Source of the DNA: Alphaproteobacteria bacterium
Lineage (GTDB): Bacteria; Pseudomonadota; Alphaproteobacteria; Bin95
Assembly: GCA_963665325.3 (NCBI GenBank)
Contig: CAXXWS020000004.1
Coordinates: forward strand, 64,001 to 128,000
Direction: 5' to 3'
DNA: 64,000 bases
The notes under the pieces are model-generated. The model saw nothing but the letters and a program-made list of their open reading frames with translations, was not told where the DNA came from and searched no databases. Each line of letters begins with the position of its first letter. Position 1 is the stretch's first letter. Below are positions 9,187-19,686 of the stretch, piece after piece. The translations under genes were made by a program, and so were the position numbers.

Positions 9187-10182
9187 ATGAGAAAGCTCAT
9201 CCCCACCACCGCACTGGCCGCGGCCGCCCTGGTCGGCGCCAGTCTCGTCGCCGGCGGTGCGGCTGCCCAGGAAAAGACCTTCATCTCCATCGGCACAGGC
9301 GGCCCGACGGGCGTCTATTTTGTGGTCGGCAACTCCGTGTGCCGCATGGTGCACAAGGAAGCCGCCGAGGGCCGCAAGAAGGGCCGCAAGCACGGCATCC
9401 GTTGCGCCGCGCCGTCCACCGGCGGTTCGACGTACAATATCGGCCAGATCTGCGCGGGCGAGCTCGAATTCGGCGTCGCCCAGTCGGACTGGCAGTTCCA
9501 TGCGGTCAACGGCAGCTCGGAGAAGGTCACGAATTGCCCCGGTCTGCGCGCCGTTTTCTCGGCCCATCCCGAGCCCTTTCACCTGATCGCCGCGGACGGC
9601 TCCGGCATCGATTCCTTCACCGGCGCCAAGGGCAAGCGGATGAATATCGGCAATCCCGGTTCGGGCCAGCGCGGCACGACCGAGGTGCTGATGGAAGGTC
9701 ACGGCATGAGCGCGGACGATTTCGCGGTGGCAACCGAGCTGACCTCGTCCGAACAGTCTCAGGCACTCTGCGACGGCAAGATCGATGCCTACGGCTACAC
9801 GGTCGGCGTGCCGAATTCCGGTGTGGCCGTGGCGACCGATGGATGCGGAGCCCACATCGTCAACCTCAACAGCGACGTCGAGAAGAAGCTGGTGGCGGAC
9901 AACCCCTACTATGCGTTCGCGACGATCCCGGCCGGCACCTACAAAACGACTGCCGAAGACGTAACGACCTTCGGCGTCATGGCGACCTTCGTCACGCATG
10001 AGAATGTGCCCGAGCAGGTGGTTTATGAGGTCACCCGCGCGGTGATGGAGAACCTGGACGACTTCCGGTCCCTGCATCCCGCCTTCGCCAATCTCGATCC
10101 GGCGATGATGATGGTGGACGGGCTCTCTGCGCCGCTGCATCCCGGCGCCGAGAAGTACTACAAGGAAAAGGGCCTGAAATAG
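9187..10182 (+). CDS. TAXI-family TRAP transporter solute-binding protein
   Basis: Signal peptide, ISIGTGGPTGVY, STGGS..N, NIGNPGSG, PLHPGA.KYY. Confidence 0.93.
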   Translation: MRKLIPTTALAAAALVGASLVAGGAAAQEKTFISIGTGGPTGVYFVVGNSVCRMVHKEAAEGRKKGRKHGIRCAAPSTGGSTYNIGQICAGELEFGVAQSDWQFHAVNGSSEKVTNCPGLRAVFSAHPEPFHLIAADGSGIDSFTGAKGKRMNIGNPGSGQRGTTEVLMEGHGMSADDFAVATELTSSEQSQALCDGKIDAYGYTVGVPNSGVAVATDGCGAHIVNLNSDVEKKLVADNPYYAFATIPAGTYKTTAEDVTTFGVMATFVTHENVPEQVVYEVTRAVMENLDDFRSLHPAFANLDPAMMMVDGLSAPLHPGAEKYYKEKGLK

Positions 10183-10194
10183 CCTCGGTCCCCG

Positions 10195-10233
10195 GCGGCC
10201 GGCGCTCCGAAAGGGCGCCGGCCGTTTCCATTT
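10195..10233 (+). terminator. strong stem-loop between the SBP and permease genes (attenuator or stabiliser)
   Basis: GCGGCCGGCGCTC-CGAAA-GGGCGCCGGCCGT followed by TTCCATTT. Confidence 0.55.
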
Positions 10234-10307
10234 GAGTATCCATCGCCCCGCAGGACGGCGGCCGAGCGCGCTACGGCCTTGCGGCAGCGGGAAATGGCGG
10301 TCCGAAC

Positions 10308-12653
10308 GTGGCGAAGCCGCCTGACGACAATGACAAACCCCTGGAGGAATTGGAATTCCAGGGCCGCCGGCAAGGGCCCCGGCTCGCCGTAGCGGTCAGC
10401 GCGCTCTGTTTCGCGTGGTCGATCTACCAATTGTGGATCGCCTCTCCTTTCCCCTTCATGTTCAACTTCGCCATCATCGGCGACGTTCCCGCCCGCGGCA
10501 TTCATCTGTCCTTCGCCCTGCTGTTATGCTTCCTGATCTACCCGGTGTCGCGCAGCCGGGCGGAGCATGGCCTGCCCCTCCACGATATCGCCTGCGCCGT
10601 GCTCGGCTGCCTGGCCGCCCTCTATCTGTTTTTCGGATGGGATGGCCTCGTCGCCCGGCAAGGCGTGCTCCATGTCTGGAACGGCATCCCGGTCGAGGCG
10701 ATTCTCGGCGGTGTCGGTATCGTGCTGCTGCTCGAGTCCGCGCGCCGCGCGGTCGGCACGCCGCTGGTCATCGTCTGCGTCGTTTTCCTGGTCTATTCGA
10801 TCTTCGGCCAGGTGATGCCGGATATCGTCTCGCACAAGGGCCTCAGCCCGAACCGGCTGATCGGCTACCAATGGCTGACCGGCGAGGCCGTCTTCGGCAT
10901 CCCGCTCAGCGTCTCGGTCAGTTTCGTGTTCCTGTTCGTGCTGTTCGGCGCGCTGCTCGACAAGGCGGGAGCCGGCAAGTATTTCCTCGCGCTTTCCTTC
11001 GCCATGGTGGGCCGGTACAGCGGCGGCCCGGCCAAGGGGGCGATCCTCGCCTCCGGCATGACGGGCATGATCTCCGGTTCGTCCATTGCCAATGTCGTCA
11101 CCACCGGCACCTTCACCATTCCCGTGATGCGCCGGATCGGCATGCCGGCGATCAAAGCGGGCGCCATAGAAGTCGCCGCATCGACGAACGGCCAGATCAT
11201 GCCGCCGATCATGGGAGCGGCAGCGTTCATCATCGCCGAGTTCATCGGCATCTCATATGTCGACGTGGTGATAGCAGCGGCGATCCCGGCGGCGCTCAGC
11301 TATATCGCGCTGTTCTACATCTCCCATCTGGAGGCGCAGAAGCTGGGGCTTTCCGGGCTCCCCGCCGCTGAGGTCCCTCCCCTCTGGACGACCTTCCTGA
11401 GCGGCCTGCACTACCTCATTCCCATCGTCATCCTGGTCTATCTGCTGATGGTGGAACGCTGGAGCGCGCATAGCGCGGTGTTCTATTCCATCCTCTCGCT
11501 GATGGGGATCATCCTCGCCCGCCGGATCGTCGGCGCAATACGGGGAAACGGCATCGCCGTCCTCGACGCCGTGGCGCAGGGCCTGGCCGAAATCTATGCC
11601 GGCATGGTCGCCGGGGCGCGCAACATGATCGGGATCGCGGTGGCCGTGGCCGCAGCGGGCGTCATTGTGGGCGCGGTGTCCTCGACCGGCCTCAACAACG
11701 CCATGGTCGGTGTGGTCGAGGCGATTGCCGGCAGCAATGTCTATGTCCTTCTGGGACTAACCGCGGTGCTTTGCATCGTGCTCGGCATGGGGCTGCCGAC
11801 GACCGCAAACTACCTGGTCGTCGCCTCCCTGCTCGGCGGCGTGCTGGTGGAGCTCGGCAGCGCATCCGGCCTTGTCCTGCCGCTGATCGCCGTTCACCTC
11901 TACGTCTTCTATTACGGGCTTCTGGCGGATTCGACACCGCCCGTATGCCTCGCGGCATTCGCTGCCTCAGCCATCTCGAGGGCGGACCCGTTGAAGACCG
12001 GCGTGCAGTCCTTCCTCTACGACATCCGCACCGCTGTCCTACCGCTGGTGTTCCTGTTCAACACCGAATTATTGCTGATCGGCATCGAGAGCATCTGGCA
12101 CGGAGCCCTCGTCGTGCTCATGTCGCTGTTCGCCATTCTGGCGTTCAGCTCACTCACCCAGGGCTGGATGCTGGTCCGGGTCAGGTGGTACGAGGGAGCA
12201 CTGCTCGCCGTGGCCTGCTTCATGCTGTTTCGCCCCGACTTCTTCATGGACCAGGTCGCGCCGCCCTATGAGCCGGTCGACTTCGAATCGTTCTTGTCGG
12301 GTGAGTTTGCGCCCGTGCCGGAACGGCATGTCCGGCTGCATGTGACGCGGGAGACCCACTACGGGGACCGTTACAAATTATTCGCCCTGAAGACCCCCGA
12401 AAACCCGGCCGGCAGCGCGGCGGAAACCTTCGGGCTCCGGCTCGACCGCGAGGACGACGGGCGCCATGCCGTGGCCGATCTGGCCTTCAACGGCATGGCG
12501 GAGCAGGCCGGGCTGGATTGGGGCGACTATGTGACTGGCGTCGATATCGAGCAGACGGACCTGCCGCCCAAGGAGCTGGTCTATCCCCTCGGCATGGCGC
12601 TGCTCGGCCTCGTCGGCCTCTCCCAGCTTCGGCGCCGCCGGCAGACCGCCTGA
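10308..12653 (+). CDS. TRAP transporter fused permease (4TM/12TM, DctQM)
   Basis: Polytopic membrane protein. GSSIANVVTTG, EVAASTNGQIMPPIMGAAAF, GMGLPTTANY, TPPVCLAAF. Confidence 0.93.
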   Translation: MAKPPDDNDKPLEELEFQGRRQGPRLAVAVSALCFAWSIYQLWIASPFPFMFNFAIIGDVPARGIHLSFALLLCFLIYPVSRSRAEHGLPLHDIACAVLGCLAALYLFFGWDGLVARQGVLHVWNGIPVEAILGGVGIVLLLESARRAVGTPLVIVCVVFLVYSIFGQVMPDIVSHKGLSPNRLIGYQWLTGEAVFGIPLSVSVSFVFLFVLFGALLDKAGAGKYFLALSFAMVGRYSGGPAKGAILASGMTGMISGSSIANVVTTGTFTIPVMRRIGMPAIKAGAIEVAASTNGQIMPPIMGAAAFIIAEFIGISYVDVVIAAAIPAALSYIALFYISHLEAQKLGLSGLPAAEVPPLWTTFLSGLHYLIPIVILVYLLMVERWSAHSAVFYSILSLMGIILARRIVGAIRGNGIAVLDAVAQGLAEIYAGMVAGARNMIGIAVAVAAAGVIVGAVSSTGLNNAMVGVVEAIAGSNVYVLLGLTAVLCIVLGMGLPTTANYLVVASLLGGVLVELGSASGLVLPLIAVHLYVFYYGLLADSTPPVCLAAFAASAISRADPLKTGVQSFLYDIRTAVLPLVFLFNTELLLIGIESIWHGALVVLMSLFAILAFSSLTQGWMLVRVRWYEGALLAVACFMLFRPDFFMDQVAPPYEPVDFESFLSGEFAPVPERHVRLHVTRETHYGDRYKLFALKTPENPAGSAAETFGLRLDREDDGRHAVADLAFNGMAEQAGLDWGDYVTGVDIEQTDLPPKELVYPLGMALLGLVGLSQLRRRRQTA

Positions 12654-12679
12654 TCCAACGCTGTGGCCGCTGAGTGCGT

Positions 12680-13849
12680 TCAGCAAGCGCCGGCGAAGAG
12701 TTCCGGCGGGTCGGCCGCATCCGCCGGCACGAGGTCGGCGGCCCCGAGCCCGATCAGCCGGAAGGCCCGGCCATCCGCTTCCGGCCCGAGAAGCTGCTCT
12801 GCCTCTTCCAGCAGGCGGTCTTCGCGCTGCGTGGCGAAGGCAAGCGCGTGGCTGCGGGTCTGCGTGCGGAAATCCGCCGTCTTGAGCTTCAGGACGACGG
12901 CGCCGGCCGCGAGGCCGGCCGTGTCCAGGCGCGCGGCAACGGTCCGGGCCAGCGGCGGCAGGGCGCGGGCGAGGTCGTCATAGGCGTTGCGGTCGGTTTC
13001 GAAGGTGGTTTCGGCGGAAATGCTGCGCGTCTCGCTGACGGGCTGGACGCGCCGGTCGTCCAGGCCGCGCGCAAAGCTGTAGAGCCGGCGCCCGAACACG
13101 CCGAACCGGGCCGTCAACTCCGCTTCCGTCCACCGGCGCAGATCCGCGACCGTAAGCATGCCCTCGGCCCGGAGCCGGCGCGCCATTGCAGCGCCAACGC
13201 CGGGGATGATTGCAACCGGCTTCTCGGCCAGGAAATCGGGCGCTTCTTCCGGGCCGATCACCGCGAAACCGCGCGGCTTGTCGAGGTCCGAGGCGATTTT
13301 GGCGAGGAACTTGTTGGCGGCGAGTCCGACCGAAACCGTGATGCCGACCTCGTCCTCGATCCGCCGGACGAGCCGGACGGCAGCGGCGGCCGGTACCTCG
13401 TGTTCCCTCAGGTCCAGAAACGCCTCGTCGATGGAGATCGGCTCGACCTGGGGCGTCACCTCGCGCATGAGGCTCCGAACCTCGCGCCCCACCTTGCGGT
13501 ATTTCGCCATGTCCGGCCGCAGCACGACCGCGTGCGGGCAGGCGTCGAGCGCCTTGTACATCGCCATGGCCGAACGCACGCCAAAACGACGCGAGACATA
13601 GCAGGCCGCGGCGACGACGCCGCGCCGCCCGCCGCCGATCACAACCGGGCGGTCGGCAAGGCTCGGGTCGTCCCGTTTTTCGATGGCGGCGTAGAAAGCA
13701 TCGCAGTCCAGATGCGCAATGCCGACGCGGCCGATCTCGGGATGGGCAGCGAAGCGGGGCGAATGGCAGTATGGGCAGCGGGGCGGAACCGGGGCGCCCG
13801 CGCAGCGGCCACAATTCCGGCAGACGGCAGCGACCTCGCCGGCGTCCAT
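12680..13849 (-). CDS. dinB: DNA polymerase IV (Y family) with N-terminal CxxC-CxxC module
   Basis: HLDCDAFYAAIE, AACYVSRRFGVRSAM, SIDEAFLD, KFLAKIASD..KP. N-terminal CRNC...CPYC. The longer ORF in the track runs through rpmG and is not the real start. Confidence 0.95.
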   Translation of the reverse strand: MDAGEVAAVCRNCGRCAGAPVPPRCPYCHSPRFAAHPEIGRVGIAHLDCDAFYAAIEKRDDPSLADRPVVIGGGRRGVVAAACYVSRRFGVRSAMAMYKALDACPHAVVLRPDMAKYRKVGREVRSLMREVTPQVEPISIDEAFLDLREHEVPAAAAVRLVRRIEDEVGITVSVGLAANKFLAKIASDLDKPRGFAVIGPEEAPDFLAEKPVAIIPGVGAAMARRLRAEGMLTVADLRRWTEAELTARFGVFGRRLYSFARGLDDRRVQPVSETRSISAETTFETDRNAYDDLARALPPLARTVAARLDTAGLAAGAVVLKLKTADFRTQTRSHALAFATQREDRLLEEAEQLLGPEADGRAFRLIGLGAADLVPADAADPPELFAGAC

Positions 13850-13905
13850 GAAAACCCGTCCGAAGAGTAAGCCCGCGCCTGCGTCAGGCGAAGCGGCTTC
13901 CGCCG

Positions 13906-14073
13906 CTACTTCATCTTCTGTTCCTTGAAGACGACATGCTTGCGGGCGATGGGGTCGAATTTGCGGATCTCGAGCTTCTCGGTCTTCGTCCGCGGGTTTT
14001 TCTTTGTGACATAGAAATAGCCCGTGTCGGCCGTGCTGACGAGTTTCACCATGACGGTTGCCGGCTTGGCCAT
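13906..14073 (-). CDS. rpmG: 50S ribosomal protein L33 (Zn-free type)
   Basis: Translated by hand: [55 protein letters not shown] (55 aa). GGAGG RBS. Below the ORF-track cutoff. Confidence 0.97.
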   Translation of the reverse strand: MAKPATVMVKLVSTADTGYFYVTKKNPRTKTEKLEIRKFDPIARKHVVFKEQKMK

Positions 14074-14160
14074 CGCATGTGCCTCCGCTGCAAAACTGGA
14101 ACGACGGGAACCTAGAGCCCGGCCTGCCGGGTGTCAAACCGCCTTCGGCTGCCACCCGAC

Positions 14161-17100
14161 CTATTCGTGCCGGCCGTCGGCGATCATCACCATCGCCGGC
14201 AGAAGGAACAGCACGAATATCCCCGCAAACACGAGGCCGCCCAGCATGCTGGCCACGAACGGCACCAGGAAGAGCAGCGCATCGCTCCGTTCGTACAGCA
14301 GTGGAGAGAGACCGAGCACGGTTGTCAGACTGGTGAGCAATACGGCCCGGAAGCGGTGGCGTGTTGCTGCCGCCGCGGCCGCAATCGCGGGCAAAGCCTC
14401 GTTGTCCCGGCGGATGATGTTGTAGCGGTCAAGCAGCACCAGCGCGTCGTTCACGACGACGCCCGAAACGGCGACGATGCCGAATACCGACATGAAGCTG
14501 AAATCCCAGCCGAGTATCCAGTGCGTCAGCACCGCGCCTGCAAAGGCGGCCGGGATTCCGGCAGCCGCGACCAGCGGCTTCCAGTAACTGCGCAGGAACG
14601 CCGCCATGACCGCATACATGGCGATCAGCGCAAGCGGCACCAGCGTGCCCAGCGTTTGCAGCACCCGCCGCTCATTTCGCGCCCCGCCGTCCCGCTCTAT
14701 CGCGAGGCCGGGATTTTCGGCGCGCAGTTCCTGCACGACACCGTCCTCGATCAGCCGGCGGGCCTGAATCGGCGTGATGACCGCAGCGTCGGCCTTCGCC
14801 TCGACGAAGACCGCCGGCTTGCCGTCGATCCGCGTCAGTTCGGCCAGTTCCTGTTTTTCCGTAAGCGTGGCCGCCACGGAGAGCGGAATCTCCCCGCCGC
14901 CGGGGCGCTGGATGCGCATCCCGGCAAGTTCCTTCAGGCTCCGCCGGCGTTCGGCGGGATATCTGACGACGACCTCGATTTCCTCGCGCCCCCGCTGGAT
15001 GCGCTGCGCCTCGGCGCCGTGAAGCCGGGCGCGCAACTGCGCTCCCAGAACCGCCGGAGAGAGCCCCGCCGCCTTGCCGGCCGGCGTCAGCTCTATCTCG
15101 AGCTGCCGCTTGCCCGGCGAAAGATTGTCGTAAACGCCGTAAACGCCGGGTATCGCAGCAAGCGCCGAGCGCAGTTCTTGCGCGGCGTTCTGCGACAGCT
15201 CCGGATCGTCATGCCGAATCGAGTAGGCGAGATTCGGCCTGATCTTGCTCCGGCTCGACACATATTCCACATGTTCCAGGCTCGAAACATCGCCGACGCG
15301 CGACCGCCATGCACGCTCCACTTCGCTCGGCTGCGCAATGCGGACAGGACGGCGGTAGAGATGAGCCCTAACCGTCGCCACGTGGTTGCCTCTGACTTCA
15401 GCGTCTCCGGGCCGGGTCGAGAGGATCCTCCCGACGACGATGCTGACCGACTTGATCGACGAGCCTTCCAGATCGTCGTTCACGCCCTGCGCCGCATCCC
15501 TGAAACGCTCGGCGGCGGCAAGCGTCGCCTCGAAAGGCGAGCCGGCCGGCAAGCGCAGCTCGACCTGGACCATGTTGGAAACGCTCGCCCTTGCCTCGGC
15601 GAACAGGACCCGAACCGCATCGTAGCGCAGTAGCAGCACCGCGCACGCCACAACAACGATGCCGATAGCGACCGCCGCCCAGACATGGCGCACCGACCAG
15701 GAGACGGTAGCCGACACCACGCTGTCGCGAATGCCATCGAGCCATCTGCTGACCGTCCCCTGGTAGGTGCTCAGCGGCCGCGCGCTCCACGGCCTGTCAT
15801 GCGACAGATGCGCGGGCAGGATGAAGAACGCCTCCACCAGGGAGACCGCGAGCACGAACAGCGCCACGAAGGGAATTACACGAATGATCTGCCAGCTGCC
15901 TTCGGTAATGAACAGGAGGGGCGCCAGCGCAATAAGTGTCGTTGCCGCGCCGACAACCAGCGGCCCGGCCACGGCCCTTGCGCCCGAAATTGCCGCGGCA
16001 AGCGCCGACCCGCCGCCGCTTTTCTCCGTGGCGATGCTTTCTCCGACGACAACGGCGTCGTCCACGACAATGCCGACCATCAGGAAGAACGCGAACAAAG
16101 TGCCCATGTTCAGCGTCATGTCGGCCGGCGCAAAGAAAATCAACGACCCGACAAAGGCCAGAGGGATGCCGAACGACGTCCAGAAAGCCACCCGGAGATC
16201 GAATACCGCGACCAGACAGATGAACACCAGAACCGCACCGATGACAGCGTTCCCGAGGACCCTCGTTAACCGCTCGACAGTCAGTTCGACCTTGTCGTCC
16301 CAGACTTCGACCGAAACATGCTGCGGTGGATTATAATCGCCAAGGAATTCGACAACGGTGTTTCTTATCTCCTTGGTCGATTGTCTTCCCGTCGCGCTTA
16401 ACCGAAGAAATACGGCCGGCATGCCGTCTAATTCAGCCAGGACCTTTTCATCGACGAAACTATCGCGAATTCTTGCGATATCATCGAGTGTAACCACTGT
16501 TCCGTCGAGTCTCGTTATGAGTGGTATATCCTTGAATTCCTCACTGTTTTCCCGCTTTTCCACGATCTGCAACACGACGCCACCTGCATCGGTTCGCAGT
16601 TCTCCGAATGTCAGGTTAAGCGAAGCACGCCTGATCGCCTGTCTTATGTCGCTGATATTGAGACGGTTCCGCCGCAGCTCTTCCTCGCTCAGCTCTATCG
16701 TTATCTCACGGTCCCGTGTACCTTCCAGCTGGATGTGCGAGACTGTTGGCAGTGCCAGGAGGGAATCGCGCAGGCTTTCTGCCGCAAGCCGGAGATCACT
16801 TTCGGTTGCCGCGCCGGAAGAAACCGCAATCGTTACGACATCGTTCCTCCATCGCAGAAGCCTGATCTCCGGCTGCTCCGTGTTCGGGGGTGGAAAATTC
16901 TCTATGGTGTCGATCGCATTTTCGACATCGTTCAGTACCGCCTCGTCGTCGGCGAAGGTTTCCAGCTCGACATTGATCAGACCGACGCCTTCCTTCGCAG
17001 TACTGACGACCCGGCTGACGCCGGATATGCCGACAATCGCTTCCTCGACCCGACGGTTTATGTCCTCCTGCACTTCTCTCGGCGACGCGCCGGGCGACGG

Positions 17101-17301
17101 AATCGTGACGGCGATGCGCCGCACGTCGAACTCCGGATAATTCTGGACCACAAGCTGCGAGCCGGCGATCGCGCCGGCGACGATCAGGAAGACCATCAGA
17201 AGATTGGCAGCGACGGGATTTGCCGCAAACCAGGCGATCGGGCCCCGAGGCACAGGCGTTCCGGACCCGCCGGCGCCTCCTCCAGCGTCGGTGTTGCTCA
17301 T
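14161..17301 (-). CDS. RND-family efflux permease (AcrB/D/F-like)
   Basis: 1046 aa. NPVAANLLM, PGASPREV, GIVVDDAVVVGE, GVVVNDALVL, RFRAVLLTSLTT. Confidence 0.94.
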   Translation of the reverse strand: MSNTDAGGGAGGSGTPVPRGPIAWFAANPVAANLLMVFLIVAGAIAGSQLVVQNYPEFDVRRIAVTIPSPGASPREVQEDINRRVEEAIVGISGVSRVVSTAKEGVGLINVELETFADDEAVLNDVENAIDTIENFPPPNTEQPEIRLLRWRNDVVTIAVSSGAATESDLRLAAESLRDSLLALPTVSHIQLEGTRDREITIELSEEELRRNRLNISDIRQAIRRASLNLTFGELRTDAGGVVLQIVEKRENSEEFKDIPLITRLDGTVVTLDDIARIRDSFVDEKVLAELDGMPAVFLRLSATGRQSTKEIRNTVVEFLGDYNPPQHVSVEVWDDKVELTVERLTRVLGNAVIGAVLVFICLVAVFDLRVAFWTSFGIPLAFVGSLIFFAPADMTLNMGTLFAFFLMVGIVVDDAVVVGESIATEKSGGGSALAAAISGARAVAGPLVVGAATTLIALAPLLFITEGSWQIIRVIPFVALFVLAVSLVEAFFILPAHLSHDRPWSARPLSTYQGTVSRWLDGIRDSVVSATVSWSVRHVWAAVAIGIVVVACAVLLLRYDAVRVLFAEARASVSNMVQVELRLPAGSPFEATLAAAERFRDAAQGVNDDLEGSSIKSVSIVVGRILSTRPGDAEVRGNHVATVRAHLYRRPVRIAQPSEVERAWRSRVGDVSSLEHVEYVSSRSKIRPNLAYSIRHDDPELSQNAAQELRSALAAIPGVYGVYDNLSPGKRQLEIELTPAGKAAGLSPAVLGAQLRARLHGAEAQRIQRGREEIEVVVRYPAERRRSLKELAGMRIQRPGGGEIPLSVAATLTEKQELAELTRIDGKPAVFVEAKADAAVITPIQARRLIEDGVVQELRAENPGLAIERDGGARNERRVLQTLGTLVPLALIAMYAVMAAFLRSYWKPLVAAAGIPAAFAGAVLTHWILGWDFSFMSVFGIVAVSGVVVNDALVLLDRYNIIRRDNEALPAIAAAAAATRHRFRAVLLTSLTTVLGLSPLLYERSDALLFLVPFVASMLGGLVFAGIFVLFLLPAMVMIADGRHE

Positions 17302-17311
17302 GCGCGGCCCC

Positions 17312-18421
17312 CTATGCCTGAGGTTTCGCGGTCGTTACTGCAAGGCCCTCGCGGGCTCCCGGCAATGTGCCGACAACGATCCCGTCTCCCGCGTCGAAGG
17401 CCTCCACCACCCATCCGCCGTCGATCCGGCCGAGCATCCGCGGTTCGACCGAGGTCAGCGCGCCGTCCCTGACGATCCAGACTCGGTCGTTTGCCTGTGC
17501 GGCCGCTTCCGGCAACACATAGACGTCCCGATGCACCGGGCCCTCGATGGAAACCTCGGCAAAGGTGCGGGGCAGCGGCCGGCCCTCGACGGGCACCTCG
17601 TCGGAGAAATTCAGGAAGAGCGACGCGAGGCGGCTCTTGGGCGCCACGACCGACGAAACCGCCGCGACCTTCCCCCGGTAAACCCCCGTCCTGGTGCGGA
17701 TCAGGGCCGACCGTCCGACGACCGGCGAGAGGTGTCTGAGATCCTGTTGTTCGATGGGAGCCGTCACGCGGATCGACTCGGGCCGATAAACAACTCCCAG
17801 CGCCGCCGCCTTGCCAACCGTTTCCGCGGGGCCGGCGAGCTCGCCGACTTCGACGCTCGAAGAGACCACACGGGCATCGAAGGGGAGGGAAATCTCCGTT
17901 TTGCGAAGTTGCAGTTCCGCAAGCCGAAGCGCCACGCGCGCCTTCTCCAGCTTCAGAACCGTTCCCGCAGTGTCTTCGTTCCGGGCCTCCTTCTCGCTTA
18001 TTTCATGCTCGAGTCCCGCGACCTCCAACCCGGCCTCTTCGACCTTGAGCTCGTACTCCTCGGGATCGATCCTGATAAAGACTTCATCGGCGTCTATCGA
18101 ACCGCCGGGCTCGAATTTCGGCGAGACCCAGACGACGCGGCCCACAACCTCGGACATCACCGTCGCCCGTTCCTTCAGCTTTACCGATCCGGTCAGGCTC
18201 AGTGTCAACGCCTGCTCGGTTGGCTCCGGCCGAATAACGCGGACGACCGGCCTTCTTTCCTCCGTCGCCAGCGCCGACCTGTCGATACGCTCAACCCGTT
18301 CCGGCGCCCGTGCGAAATAGAGCGCAACGGCGATCGCGCCGAGAATGACGGCGAGCTGCAGATAACCGTACCATTTTGGCTTGTCGGCGTGCCCGTCGGG
18401 GCCTGCTGTGTCCTGCGGCAT
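17312..18421 (-). CDS. RND efflux membrane-fusion (periplasmic adaptor) protein
   Basis: N-terminal TM, V.G.V..V, coiled-coil hairpin, I.LPFDARV. Adjacent to the RND permease. Confidence 0.9.
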   Translation of the reverse strand: MPQDTAGPDGHADKPKWYGYLQLAVILGAIAVALYFARAPERVERIDRSALATEERRPVVRVIRPEPTEQALTLSLTGSVKLKERATVMSEVVGRVVWVSPKFEPGGSIDADEVFIRIDPEEYELKVEEAGLEVAGLEHEISEKEARNEDTAGTVLKLEKARVALRLAELQLRKTEISLPFDARVVSSSVEVGELAGPAETVGKAAALGVVYRPESIRVTAPIEQQDLRHLSPVVGRSALIRTRTGVYRGKVAAVSSVVAPKSRLASLFLNFSDEVPVEGRPLPRTFAEVSIEGPVHRDVYVLPEAAAQANDRVWIVRDGALTSVEPRMLGRIDGGWVVEAFDAGDGIVVGTLPGAREGLAVTTAKPQA

Positions 18422-18585
18422 GGTCCTCTCCGGCCTCTAAACGCACCGCGTTCAGATTATCGGAAACTCCGCTCTTTCGGAATCTCCGACATGCCGCCCG
18501 GAGGCGAAATGCATTGCCGCCGGCTATAGACTCGGAACCGGCGGTCCGATGGACGGGGCCCAGCGGAGCGGCGCGGCCGCCGGAA

Positions 18586-19515
<930 letters not shown>

Positions 19516-19686
19516 CTCGAATCCGGCCTCCCGGCCGCGCAAAGTTGGCGATCCGCCATCATAACCGGATTGTCCGGAGGCGGGGCGCGGCTTGCCAGAG
19601 AGGCAGACCGTCTCGTTGACTTCCTCCCCGGGCGGTCCCAAGTTGCCGCGCCGACCGTCGGCAGAACGGCGGCAAGAGAGCTGCCC

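Noticed and set aside
13850-14155. N-terminal extension of DinB (491-aa ORF in the track)
   Set aside because: The extension overlaps the unmistakable rpmG gene in another frame. DinB starts at 13849.
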